Both the position numbers and the translations under genes were made by a program. A stretch of 64,000 nucleotides of DNA, from contig JBJMNL010000240.1 of assembly GCA_045804285.1 (NCBI GenBank), positions 5,821 through 69,820 on the forward strand, given 5' to 3'. Under the pieces are notes generated by a model, which saw nothing but the letters and a program-made list of their open reading frames with translations, was not told the origin of the DNA and ran no database searches. Source of the stretch: Gemmatimonadaceae bacterium (GTDB lineage Bacteria > Gemmatimonadota > Gemmatimonadetes > Gemmatimonadales > Gemmatimonadaceae). Position 1 is the stretch's first letter, and each line of letters begins with the position of its first letter. Shown here in pieces: positions 29,900-38,748 of this stretch.

Positions 29900-30367
29900 T
29901 CACTTCATGACGATCATCTTCTTCACGATCGCCTTGCCGTCGACCTCGAGGCGGTAGAGATAGATCCCCGACGCCACCTCGCGATCCGTGTTCCGGTACT
30001 TCCCGTTCCAATACGCCGTGTACTGCTTGCACGTCAGCATGACGTTCTCGAGCGGCTGCCCGCCGGCGACGTCTCCCGCCGAGCCCTGCAGCACCGGCAC
30101 CGCGACCAGCTGCGCGAGCAGGTTGTAGATCCGCAGGGTCACCCGGTATTGTCGCGCCGGGTCCGTGCACGTCGGCGTATCGCCGATCGTGAACGGGATG
30201 GTCGTCTCCGGGTTGAACGGGTTGGGGTAATTCTGGCCGAGGCCAAACCCGGCATTGCGTCCGCGAGACGGCGGAGACTGCGGTGTGGTCTGCTGAGCCG
30301 CCGCGGCACGTGGCATGAGCGCGCTGAGGACGAGCACTGTCGTGAGTGCTGCCCATCCGAGCTTCAT
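29900..30367 (-). CDS. Small secreted protein consisting essentially of a T9SS type-A / FlgD-Ig-like C-terminal domain
   Basis: Signal peptide ..MPRAAAAQ. Domain motifs read [15 protein letters not shown] .. [11 protein letters not shown] .. YWNGKYRN .. [12 protein letters not shown] .. KKMIVMK. Confidence 0.7.
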   Translation of the reverse strand: MKLGWAALTTVLVLSALMPRAAAAQQTTPQSPPSRGRNAGFGLGQNYPNPFNPETTIPFTIGDTPTCTDPARQYRVTLRIYNLLAQLVAVPVLQGSAGDVAGGQPLENVMLTCKQYTAYWNGKYRNTDREVASGIYLYRLEVDGKAIVKKMIVMK

Positions 30368-30511
30368 GTGCCTTCTCCGAACTGACTAAGTAGGGTGCGA
30401 GACGGTAGCTCCTGATGCGAAGTTGCCGATGCGAGTTGACGGTGGCCTTCCGCCGCGAACATAGGAATGAGGCCGGTGGATGTCAAGCAAGCACGAACCG
30501 ACGTTTGCTAC

Positions 30512-32386
30512 TTACGTGCCGCCGCCTGCCAGCTGTCGCGCGCCGGGCACGACGCGCCCCGCACCTCGCCGAGCGGTCACGCCGACGCGGTCGCAGTACT
30601 CGAGAAACGGGATGAGGTACTTTCTCGAAATCCCAAGCAGATCACGCAGTTCCGCCGGCGAATACTCGCGATCCTCAGCCGTGCCGGCGCGCAGCGCCGC
30701 GACCAGCTCCCCGACCGCGGCGGCCGCGTAAAAGCGCTCCGGCTCCACCTGGACGACCACGCCGTCGCGCTCCAGAAGGCGCAGGAGTGCCGGAACGGCA
30801 GGCCCCAGCTCGCCGAGCTCGCCGACGCTCGGCGGCTCCCGGCCGGCTGCCCGGAGCGCCTCGACGAGCGCCGCCCGGGCCGCTTCCTGCCCTGCCGTGA
30901 GTCGAGGGGTCCACCCACGCCGCCGGATCGCGCCTCCTTCGAGCTCGACCGCACCCCCCTGCACCGCCTGCCGGACCGCCTCTTCCACCAGCTCCGGCGC
31001 GGCGCCGAGCTGCGCGCGCACGGACTGCAGGGGTGCACCGGGCTCGAGCGGCGCCTGCTCGTGGTGCCGCTCCACGAGCGCCACGAGCCGGTCCCGCAGC
31101 GCGCCGAGCGCCGCCGAGTCGAACAGGCGCCCTCCGAGGAGCACCCCCCGCCCCTCCTCGACCGCGCTCGCCACGAGTCGCGAAGCGAACGCGGGGGGGA
31201 TCCCGAGCCGCACGGCCAGCCCGCCCCGCTCGACGCCGTGGCCGGCGGCCTCGGCGAGCAGCAGCGGGAGTCGCTCCTCGGCCGGTAGTCCGGGACGCGA
31301 CCAGGGGCGCGCCCGCCGATAGGGCGGGTGCGGATCGCTGACCACCCCCCCGCCGATCGTCGCCACCGGCGACGCGGAGCGGAGCACGAAACGGTCGCCT
31401 GCCCGTGCCACGACCGGCTCGTCGAGGACGACGCGCGCCGCCTTCCGCTCGCCCGGCTCGAGCGCGCCGCCGGCCGTCACCACCCGCGCGCCGACGTCGA
31501 GCGTCCCGAGGTGGAAGCGGACCCGGGTGCGCGGCCGGAGCGGCTGCAGCGCGCCGTCGAGGAGGGCGACGTCGGCGCGCAGGACGCGCGTCGGCTCCCA
31601 GCTGGGGTCGGCCACGAGCACCGCGCCGCGGGCCACCTCGTCGAGCTCGACGCCGGCCAGGGCGACGGCGGCCCGGCGCCCGGGCGAGGCGGCGTCGAGC
31701 GCGGCCCCGTGCGACTGCACGCCGCGCACGCGCGCCGAGCGGCCGGCCGGGAGGATACGGACGCTCGCGTCGCGCGCGAGGGTGCCGCTCCACACCGTGC
31801 CGGTGACGACGGTGCCCGTGCCGCGCACCGTGAAGGCGCGGTCCACGGGCATCCGGAAGAGATCGGCCGCGTCGCGCTCGGGGACGGCGCGCGCGGCGTC
31901 GGCGAGTGCCGTCCGGAGCGCATCGAGCCCCGCCCCGCTCACCACCGACGTCGGCACCACGGGCGCGTCGGCGAGCGGCGTTCCGGCGACGAGCGACCGC
32001 AGGTCCTCGGCGACGAGCTCCGCCCACTCGTCCTCGACCAGGTCGCGCTTCGTGAGCGCGATCACGCCGCCGCGCACGCCGAGGAGGTCGAGGATGGCGA
32101 CGTGCTCGCGCGTCTGCGGCATGACTCCCTCGTCCGCCGCCACGACGAGCAGAGCGAGATCGATCCCCGTCGCACCGGCGAGCATGGTGCGGACGAACGC
32201 CTCGTGCCCCGGCACGTCCACCACCCCCACGGTGCCGACCCCCTCGAGCTGGAGTGGGGCGAACCCGAGCTCGATCGTGATCCCCCGCTTCTTCTCCTCC
32301 GGCAGACGGTCGGTGTTCACCCCGGTCAGCGCGAGGATCAGCGACGTCTTGCCATGGTCGATGTGGCCGGCGGTGCCGAGAATCAT
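30512..32386 (-). CDS. selB: Selenocysteine-specific elongation factor
   Basis: Start [16 protein letters not shown] at 32386. GTPase motifs DVPGH and TKRD. The C-terminal winged-helix region reads [26 protein letters not shown]. The 52-aa upstream extension in the track is translation of a repeat element. Confidence 0.9.
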   Translation of the reverse strand: MILGTAGHIDHGKTSLILALTGVNTDRLPEEKKRGITIELGFAPLQLEGVGTVGVVDVPGHEAFVRTMLAGATGIDLALLVVAADEGVMPQTREHVAILDLLGVRGGVIALTKRDLVEDEWAELVAEDLRSLVAGTPLADAPVVPTSVVSGAGLDALRTALADAARAVPERDAADLFRMPVDRAFTVRGTGTVVTGTVWSGTLARDASVRILPAGRSARVRGVQSHGAALDAASPGRRAAVALAGVELDEVARGAVLVADPSWEPTRVLRADVALLDGALQPLRPRTRVRFHLGTLDVGARVVTAGGALEPGERKAARVVLDEPVVARAGDRFVLRSASPVATIGGGVVSDPHPPYRRARPWSRPGLPAEERLPLLLAEAAGHGVERGGLAVRLGIPPAFASRLVASAVEEGRGVLLGGRLFDSAALGALRDRLVALVERHHEQAPLEPGAPLQSVRAQLGAAPELVEEAVRQAVQGGAVELEGGAIRRRGWTPRLTAGQEAARAALVEALRAAGREPPSVGELGELGPAVPALLRLLERDGVVVQVEPERFYAAAAVGELVAALRAGTAEDREYSPAELRDLLGISRKYLIPFLEYCDRVGVTARRGAGRVVPGARQLAGGGT

Positions 32387-32457
32387 GGGGAATTCGGGGG
32401 AGCGGAAACGGGAGAGGCGGAATGAAGAGCGAAGGGCGGGAGGAGAGGAGGCTTGAA

Positions 32458-32556
32458 GGGCGGAATGAGGCATGAGGGATGAGGCCGGGACGCTCTTACT
32501 GGCCAGCGAGGCCTCCCGTGGCCTCCCGGCCTCATTCCCCATGCCTCATTCCGCCC
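32458..32556. repeat. GGAAYGA-family heptamer-arm palindromic element, copy 1
   Basis: Left arm 32458-32490 reads GGGC GGAATGA GGCATGA GGGATGA GGCCGGG A. The reverse complement of right arm 32524-32556 reads GGGC GGAATGA GGCATGG GGAATGA GGCCGGG A. The loop is 33 nt. Confidence 0.85.
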
Positions 32557-32596
32557 CTCAGGCTCTCATCACTCCGCGTTCTCGTTCGTCGTGCCG

Positions 32597-33361
32597 TCAC
32601 GCCGCGTCCCATCGCTCCCTCTCCCACACCTCGAACGCGCGCAGCGGGCGGCCGTCGGCGAGGTGCTCGGAGAGGAACTCGCGCAGGAGGCGCTGGTGGG
32701 CGCGTGAGGCGCCGTCGTCGAGAAGACCCGTCGGCGCGCCGGCGAGCCAGGCGCGCAGGGCGTCGCGCGCGGCCGCGGGGAGCGTGCGACTGCCCGGCAC
32801 GGTGCGGGCGCAGCGGGCACAGAGGACGCCGCCGGCCGGGTGGCTGAACATCGTCGGTGCGTCGGCCGGTACCTCGGCGTCGCACGAGGCGCAGCGGTCG
32901 ATGCTCGGCGCGAAGCCGAGCTCGGCGACGATGCGCCAGGCGCCGGCGAGGGCCTCACCGCGCACCCGGGACGGCTCCGCGCGCCCGACCGTGTCGAGCG
33001 CGGCGACGACGGTGTCGAAGAGCGCCGTGTGCGAGTCGTCGCGCGGCGCGAAGCGCAGCGTGAGCTCGGCGATCGCCGACGCGGCGGTGAAGCGGCCGAG
33101 GTCCATGGCGAGCTCCGGGCGCGCGCGCGTCACGTCGAACGCCGACATCGTGTGCAGCTCCCGCCCCTCCTTCGTGTAGAGCTGCGCCGCGCCCTCGGCG
33201 AAGAGGTCGAGCGCGCTCCCGTAGCGCCGCTGTGCGCGCCGTGCCCCCTTCGCGAGCACCGACTGCACTCCCGCGTCGCGCGTGAGGAGGCGAAGGATCC
33301 GCGACGTCTCCATGTAGTCGAACGCGTGCAACACGACCGCGTCGGTCGCGAGGAGGGGCAT
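32597..33361 (-). CDS. recO: DNA repair protein RecO
   Basis: MPLLATDAVVLHAFDYMETSRILRLLT .. C-terminal zinc motif CASCDAE .. LCARC. Confidence 0.9.
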   Translation of the reverse strand: MPLLATDAVVLHAFDYMETSRILRLLTRDAGVQSVLAKGARRAQRRYGSALDLFAEGAAQLYTKEGRELHTMSAFDVTRARPELAMDLGRFTAASAIAELTLRFAPRDDSHTALFDTVVAALDTVGRAEPSRVRGEALAGAWRIVAELGFAPSIDRCASCDAEVPADAPTMFSHPAGGVLCARCARTVPGSRTLPAAARDALRAWLAGAPTGLLDDGASRAHQRLLREFLSEHLADGRPLRAFEVWERERWDAA

Positions 33362-33422
33362 GAAAGAAGAGTAACGTGGGGACCGACCGTCCGCTCGTCG
33401 GCAGCGCCCCGCCCGCGGCGGC

Positions 33423-33515
33423 GCTCCCTCCCCGCTCCGCGCTCCACGCTCGCTCTGCCGGCCACCGAAGCCGGAGAGCGAGCGTGGAGCGTAAAGCGTG
33501 GAGCGTGGAGGGAGC
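33423..33515. repeat. Heptamer-arm palindromic element (GCGTGGA type)
   Basis: Right arm reads GAGCGA GCGTGGA GCGTAAA GCGTGGA GCGTGGA GGGAGC. Left arm is the imperfect complement CTCCCTC CCCGCTC CGCGCTC CACGCTC GCTC. The loop is CCACCGAAG. Confidence 0.75.
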
Positions 33516-33555
33516 CACTACCGCCGAGCGGCGCGCAGGGCGAGTGCGTTCGTCC

Positions 33556-35526
33556 TCACCTCGCCGATCCCACTCTCGCCCCCACCAGCACGACCCGTCC
33601 CGGCGCGTCGTAGCCGTAGATGGACTGGTACTCGCGGTCGAGGAGGTTCTCGAGGCGGAAGGTGACATCGACGGACGGTCCGCGTCGTGGAAGGGGGAGG
33701 GCGAGCGCGGCGCCGAGGTCGAGCGTCGTGTAGGCGGGGAGCATGACCTCGCGCGCCGGGGAGGCCGTGAAGTCGCGGTCGTCGCGCGTGCCGACGTGGG
33801 TCACCGTCGCGGCGAAGCTACCGACGCGGGCCGGCCGGTAATCGAGGGTGAGGCTCCCCGAGCGCGTCGGACGGCGGAGCAGCGCGTCGCCGGCGACGAA
33901 GGTGCCGGAGGCGCCGAAACCCGCCTCGAGCACCTTGGTGTCGAGGTAGGTGAAGTGCGCGGTGGCGGCGAGCCCGCGGTAGAAGCCGGTGCGCAGCTCG
34001 GCCTCGACCCCCGCCGACTTCGCCGCGGCCACGTTGACGTAGTTCGTCGCCGTGTCGCCGAACGCCGTCGGCCGGTACTGCACGAGATCGTCGAAGCGCT
34101 GGCTGAAGTAGGTGGCGCCGACGGTGACGGCGCGCCCGACCTCGCGCTCCACGCCGCCCTCGTAGCTGCGGCTCCGCTCGGGGCGAAGGTGCGGGTTGCC
34201 GTTGGTGAAGGACGTGCTGAACACCTCGCTGAACGCCGGCTCCTTGAACGCGTTGCCGGCGGCCCCGTGCACGCGGACGCCGAGCGGCAGGCGCAGCGCG
34301 GCGCCGGCGCGGCCGGTCCGGAAGGCGCCGAACTTCTCGTTGTCGTCGTAGCGCCCGCCGAGCGTCAGCGTGCCGTGCCCCCCGAGATCGTCGACGAGCT
34401 GGACGTAGCCGGCGCGGGCGAGTCGCCGCTCGTCGAAGCTCGTCACGCTCTCGGGGAAGCTCGCGAAGCGCGACTTGCCGTGGCTCTCCTCACTCTCCGC
34501 CTCGTAGACGCCGCCGACGGTCATCGTCGCGCCGGCCAGCGACGACTCCAGCCGCGCGTCCGCGCTCCGGCGGTAGCGGTCCGCGTTCGTGCGCGAGTAG
34601 AATTCCTGCGTGTCGCCCGGACCGTCGGGCGAGTTGTCGGAGAGCACCGCCGCGCGGCTGTCGGCGAGGAGAACGCGCGCCGCGAGCCGCGGCGCGAATC
34701 GGTAGCCGGCGTCGAGCCCGGTGACGACGCGCCGCTCGCGCGTGTACTGGTTGCTGTCGGTGGGCGCGCCGGTGAAGTCGGTGGGGAAATGGAACGTCCC
34801 CTCGGTGTAGCGGCTCGAGAGGGCGACGTCAGCCGCCGCAGTGGGCGCGTAGCTGACGCGGCCGCTCAGGGCGTCATTGCGGTAGTCGTTGTTCAGGTCG
34901 AGCACGCCGTCGGTGCGGCGCAGCGCGCCGCCCAGCGAGTAGGACAGCGCACCCGCCGCGCCGGCGACGCCGGCGCTCCCCTCGCGCGTGCCGTAGCTGC
35001 CGGCGCGGGCCTCGAGCGTGGCGCGCGGGCGGCCGGCGCCGCGACGGGTGAAGATCTGGATGACTCCCGTCACGGCGTCGGAGCCGTAGAGCACGCTGCC
35101 CGGCCCGCGGAGGATCTCGATGCGCTCGACGTTGTCGGTGGTCAGGTTCGCGAAGTCGAAGTCGCCCCCCGCGTCGTTCACGGGAACGCCGTCGACGAGC
35201 ACCTTGGCGTAGTCGCGCTCGCCGCCACGGAGGAAGAGCGTCGTCGTCCCACCGTACGAGCCGCTCTGCGCGACCGCGGCGCCGGGCACCTGGCGCAGCG
35301 CGTCGGCGACGCGCGCGACGCCCTGGGCGCGGAGCTCCTCGCCCGTGAGCACGGTGACGCTGGCGGGCGCGGCGTCGCGTGCGACCGGAGTGCGCGTGGC
35401 CGTCACGACGACGGGGTTGAGGCGCGCGGTGTCCGCGGTCGTCCGCGGCTGCTGAGCGGCGAGCGGCGCGGCGCCGGCGAGGGCGGCCGCCATCGCCAGG
35501 GAGCCAACTGACGTTCGGTTCGACAC
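33556..35526 (-). CDS. btuB: TonB-dependent receptor (BtuB-like; last gene of the riboswitch-controlled operon)
   Basis: GTG at 35526 has AGGAGA upstream. After the signal peptide comes a TonB-box-like LNPVVVTATR, then plug motifs (FLRGGERDYAKVLVDGVPVND, IEILRGPGSVLYGSDA). The barrel ends ..VLVGARVGSAR. Confidence 0.8.
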   Translation of the reverse strand: MSNRTSVGSLAMAAALAGAAPLAAQQPRTTADTARLNPVVVTATRTPVARDAAPASVTVLTGEELRAQGVARVADALRQVPGAAVAQSGSYGGTTTLFLRGGERDYAKVLVDGVPVNDAGGDFDFANLTTDNVERIEILRGPGSVLYGSDAVTGVIQIFTRRGAGRPRATLEARAGSYGTREGSAGVAGAAGALSYSLGGALRRTDGVLDLNNDYRNDALSGRVSYAPTAAADVALSSRYTEGTFHFPTDFTGAPTDSNQYTRERRVVTGLDAGYRFAPRLAARVLLADSRAAVLSDNSPDGPGDTQEFYSRTNADRYRRSADARLESSLAGATMTVGGVYEAESEESHGKSRFASFPESVTSFDERRLARAGYVQLVDDLGGHGTLTLGGRYDDNEKFGAFRTGRAGAALRLPLGVRVHGAAGNAFKEPAFSEVFSTSFTNGNPHLRPERSRSYEGGVEREVGRAVTVGATYFSQRFDDLVQYRPTAFGDTATNYVNVAAAKSAGVEAELRTGFYRGLAATAHFTYLDTKVLEAGFGASGTFVAGDALLRRPTRSGSLTLDYRPARVGSFAATVTHVGTRDDRDFTASPAREVMLPAYTTLDLGAALALPLPRRGPSVDVTFRLENLLDREYQSIYGYDAPGRVVLVGARVGSAR

Positions 35527-35582
35527 GATGTCTCCTGAATTCGGAAGAAGGTCGGGATGCGCTGCGTGCGGGGTGGCGCGCG

Positions 35583-36371
35583 CTACCGCGCTCCGCGTCC
35601 GCGGAGCGGGACGAGCGCCGGCGCGCCGACGGCCGGGTCGCGCGTGACGACGAGCGGCCACTCGTAGACGCGCTCGAGCGTCGCCCCCTGCATCACGTCG
35701 GCGGGGGGACCGGCCGCGGCGACGGCGCCGCGGTGGAGCAGCACGATCTCGTGGGCGAAGCGCGCCACGAGGTTGAGCTGGTGGCTGACGAGCAGGATGG
35801 CGATCCCCTGGCCCGCGAGCGCGTCCAGGAGCTCGAAGACCGCCATCTCGTGCCCGACGTCGAGGAACGTCGTCGGCTCGTCGAGGACGAGCGCGTCGGC
35901 CTGCTGCGCGAGGGCACGGGCGATGCGCGCCCGCTGCCACTCGCCCCCCGAGAGCTCGTCGGTGCGACGCGCCGCGAGGTCGGTGGCGCCGGCGCGCGCG
36001 AGCGCGGCGTCGATCGCCGCCTGGTCGGCGCCCGTCGCCGACCGCCACGCTCCGGTGTGCGGGTAGCGACCGAGCGCCACGTACTCGCGCACGGGGAGCG
36101 GGAAGGCCGGCTCCTCGCGCTGCGTGACGACCGCCACCCGTGACGCGAAGGTCCGCCGCCGCATGGTCGCCGCGTCGGCGCCGTCCACCGTGATGCGCCC
36201 GCGCTCGAGCGGCTGGCGGCCGAGGAGGGCGCGCACGAGGGTGCTCTTCCCGCTCCCGTTCGGACCGGCGACGGCGGTGACGCGCCCGCGGGGCGCCGAG
36301 AGCGTCACCCCGTCCACCGCCGGGCGCGGGGCGCCGCGGTAGCGCACGACCACGTCGTCGAAGCTGATCAC
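35583..36371 (-). CDS. btuD: ABC ATPase of the FecE/BtuD type
   Basis: GPNGSGKST, LSGGEWQR and LVLDEPT motifs. Confidence 0.85.
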   Translation of the reverse strand: MISFDDVVVRYRGAPRPAVDGVTLSAPRGRVTAVAGPNGSGKSTLVRALLGRQPLERGRITVDGADAATMRRRTFASRVAVVTQREEPAFPLPVREYVALGRYPHTGAWRSATGADQAAIDAALARAGATDLAARRTDELSGGEWQRARIARALAQQADALVLDEPTTFLDVGHEMAVFELLDALAGQGIAILLVSHQLNLVARFAHEIVLLHRGAVAAAGPPADVMQGATLERVYEWPLVVTRDPAVGAPALVPLRGRGAR

Positions 36372-36378
36372 GGGACCC

Positions 36379-37365
36379 TCACGCGGCGGCCCGCCGGAGC
36401 TGCGCGAGAAAGAAGGGGACGCCGACGAGCGCCGTCACGGCGCCGAGCGGCAGCTCGGCCGGCGGCCGGGCGACGCGCGCCACGGCGTCGGCGGCGACGA
36501 CTAGCGCCGCACCGGCGAGCGCGCCGCCGACGACGATCGCGCGGTGCCGGCGGAGCCCGGCGCCGCGCACCACGTGGGGCACGACGAGCCCGACGAAGCC
36601 CACGAGCCCCGCCGCCGCCACCGTCGCCGCCGCCAGCAACGAGCTCGCGAGATACACCCGGCGGCCGGCGCGGTCGACGTCGACGCCGAGCGCCGCCGCC
36701 GGGTCCTCGCCGAGGGCGAGCGCATCGACGTCGCGCGCCCAGGCGAGCAGCGCCCCCCCGCCGAGCGCCACGTAGAGCGCGAGCCAGCGCACCCGCGCCC
36801 AGTCGGCGTCCGCCACCGAGCCCATCATCCACCAGAGCGCGCCGCGCACCGCGTTGGCTGGGGCGCCGGCGAGCGCGACCATGATCGCCGCGTTGGCGAA
36901 CGCGCCCACCACCACGCCCGCCATGAGGAGCACGCGCGGGTCGGCGCGCCCACCGGCGGCGCGGGCGACGAGGAGCACGAGCAGCACCGCCGCGCCGGCG
37001 CCGGCGAACGCGGCGAGCGGCACGACGCCCGCGCCCGCCACGCCGAGCGACACCGCCAGCACGGCCCCGACCGCCGCGCCGCCGGAGACGCCGAGCAGGT
37101 ACGGCTCGGCGAGCGGGTTGCGGAGCGTCCCCTGCAGCACGCCGCCGCTCATCCCGAGCCCCGCGCCCACCAGGGCGGCGAGCGCCACCCGCGGGAGGCG
37201 GAGCGAGCGGACGATGGCGACGGCGTTCGCGTCGCCGCGGCCGAGCAGCGCGTCGACCACCGCGCGCGGCGAGAGCGGCACCGCGCCGAGCCCGACCGCG
37301 AGCACCGCGACCGCGAGCAGCGCCGCGACGAGCGCCGGCCAAAGCCAGACCGGGGAGCGCGTCAT
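36379..37365 (-). CDS. btuC: FecCD/BtuC-family ABC permease
   Basis: Start MTRSPVWLWPALVAALLA at 37365 (ATGA overlap with the btuF stop). Typical motifs read LRLPRVALAALVGAGLGMSGGVLQG and LPLGAVTALVGVPFFL. Confidence 0.85.
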   Translation of the reverse strand: MTRSPVWLWPALVAALLAVAVLAVGLGAVPLSPRAVVDALLGRGDANAVAIVRSLRLPRVALAALVGAGLGMSGGVLQGTLRNPLAEPYLLGVSGGAAVGAVLAVSLGVAGAGVVPLAAFAGAGAAVLLVLLVARAAGGRADPRVLLMAGVVVGAFANAAIMVALAGAPANAVRGALWWMMGSVADADWARVRWLALYVALGGGALLAWARDVDALALGEDPAAALGVDVDRAGRRVYLASSLLAAATVAAAGLVGFVGLVVPHVVRGAGLRRHRAIVVGGALAGAALVVAADAVARVARPPAELPLGAVTALVGVPFFLAQLRRAAA

Positions 37366-38393
37366 CGCGCGCCTCCCGTGGCGGGGCGTGTCGCAGGGCG
37401 CGCCGCGGCCCCCGTCGCCGCCTCCGGGTGCAGCAGCGTGGCGAGCGCGCGCGCGGCCTCGCCGAGCCGCACCGACGGGCGGCCAACGAGCGACGTGTCC
37501 ACCACGAGCACGCGCCCCTCGCGCACGGCGCGCAGCGGGCGCCACGCCGGGTCGGCGAGGATCGTCCTCCGCCCCTCCGGACCCGCGAGTATCACGTCGG
37601 GGTCGCGGCGCAGCAGGTCCTCCATCGCGATCTGCGGCGAGACGTCGGGGAGCGCGCCGTACACGTTGCGCCCGCCTGCGATCTCGACGAGCTCGTTCAT
37701 GTAGCTCCCGCCGCCGATCGTGATCAGCGGGTGATCCCACACGTGCCAGAAGACGGTCGGCCGCGGGAGCGCGGCGGTCGCGCCCCGCACGCGCTCGAGG
37801 CTCGCGGCGACGGTATCGGCCACGAAGCGCCCGCGCGCGCCGTCGCCGAGCGCCGCGGCGGCGAGGAGCGTCGCACCGCGTCGGAGCTGCTCGATCCGGT
37901 CGAGCTTGAGGGAGAGCGTGGCGACGCCGGCGGCGCGGAAGCGACCGGCCGCGGCCCGGTTGTCCTCGCTCGCGTAGAGTACGACGAGCGTGGGGCGCGC
38001 CGTGAGCACCGCCTCCACGTTCGGGCGCAGCCCGTCGCCGAGGTCGGGCACGAGCCGCGCCGAGTCGGGCCAGGCGTCCCAGTGCGTGCGTCCGACGAGC
38101 CGCGGTCCGGCGCCGACCGCGAACAGGAGCTCCGTCGTCGTCGGGTTGAGCGACACGATGCGCGCCCGCGCCGCCTCGGCGGCGGTGGGCACCAGGACGG
38201 AGTCGCCGAAGTCGTCGCGGGGCGCGGCGGCGCCGGAGTCGGCGGCGGCGGCGCGCGCGGAGTCCGGCCGGCGGCGGGCATCGCTGCCGCAGGCGGCCAG
38301 CGAGGCGGCCAGCGAGGCGGCCAACGTGGCGGCGAGGGGGGCCGCGATCGAGGCGGCGAGGAGCGCGCGGCGGATGGAGCGGCGAGCGAGCAC
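37362..38393 (-). CDS. btuF: Periplasmic cobalamin/siderophore-type substrate-binding lipoprotein
   Basis: GTG at 38393 directly follows the riboswitch terminator. Lipobox reads LAASLAAC. Binding-protein motifs read RIVSLNPTTTELLFAVGAG and PDVILAG. Confidence 0.75.
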   Translation of the reverse strand: MLARRSIRRALLAASIAAPLAATLAASLAASLAACGSDARRRPDSARAAAADSGAAAPRDDFGDSVLVPTAAEAARARIVSLNPTTTELLFAVGAGPRLVGRTHWDAWPDSARLVPDLGDGLRPNVEAVLTARPTLVVLYASEDNRAAAGRFRAAGVATLSLKLDRIEQLRRGATLLAAAALGDGARGRFVADTVAASLERVRGATAALPRPTVFWHVWDHPLITIGGGSYMNELVEIAGGRNVYGALPDVSPQIAMEDLLRRDPDVILAGPEGRRTILADPAWRPLRAVREGRVLVVDTSLVGRPSVRLGEAARALATLLHPEAATGAAARPATRPATGGAR

Positions 38394-38690
38394 GAAAAGG
38401 GCGTCCCGACACGACGAGGGACGCCCGTAACGCGAGTCCGATCCTCGCAGCGTGCCGCCGTCGGATACGACGCGGGCGCTGCGCGCGACTCGAGCCACCA
38501 GCCCTCCCCCGAGGGTCTGTGAGAGTGGCGCGGACGAGAGTCGTCTCCTGGCTCCGGGCCGCGTCGTCCGCCTTCCCGACCCGACTGGGTCAGTGGCATC
38601 TCGGACGCGCGTTGTTGCCCGATACAGTGGCGGGGCCGCGCCGGCATGGTACCGGCTTCCGTGGCTCCCGTCCGCGAACGTTCGATTGTG
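38394..38690 (-). promoter_or_regulatory. Cobalamin riboswitch with a terminator expression platform
   Basis: The minus strand reads GGGAGCCACGGAAGCCGGTACC .. CCCCGCCACTGTATCGGG .. GATGCCACTG .. GGGAAGGCGG .. GGAGCCAGGAGAC (B12-box region). It is followed by GGGCGTCCC-tcgtcgtgtc-GGGACGCCC-TTTTC immediately 5' of the btuF GTG. Confidence 0.85.
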
Positions 38691-38748
38691 AGTCGGCCCG
38701 GAGGGGCGCGGCGCTTCGCCGCGTGCCAACCGGACCGCGAGCCCGAAT

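Noticed and set aside
30368-30511. tRNA-Sec (selC) or a SECIS element next to selB
   Set aside because: There is no acceptor/T-arm pattern (GGTTCGA-type) on either strand of the flanking spacers. The region only contains a half-copy of the GGAATGAGG repeat.
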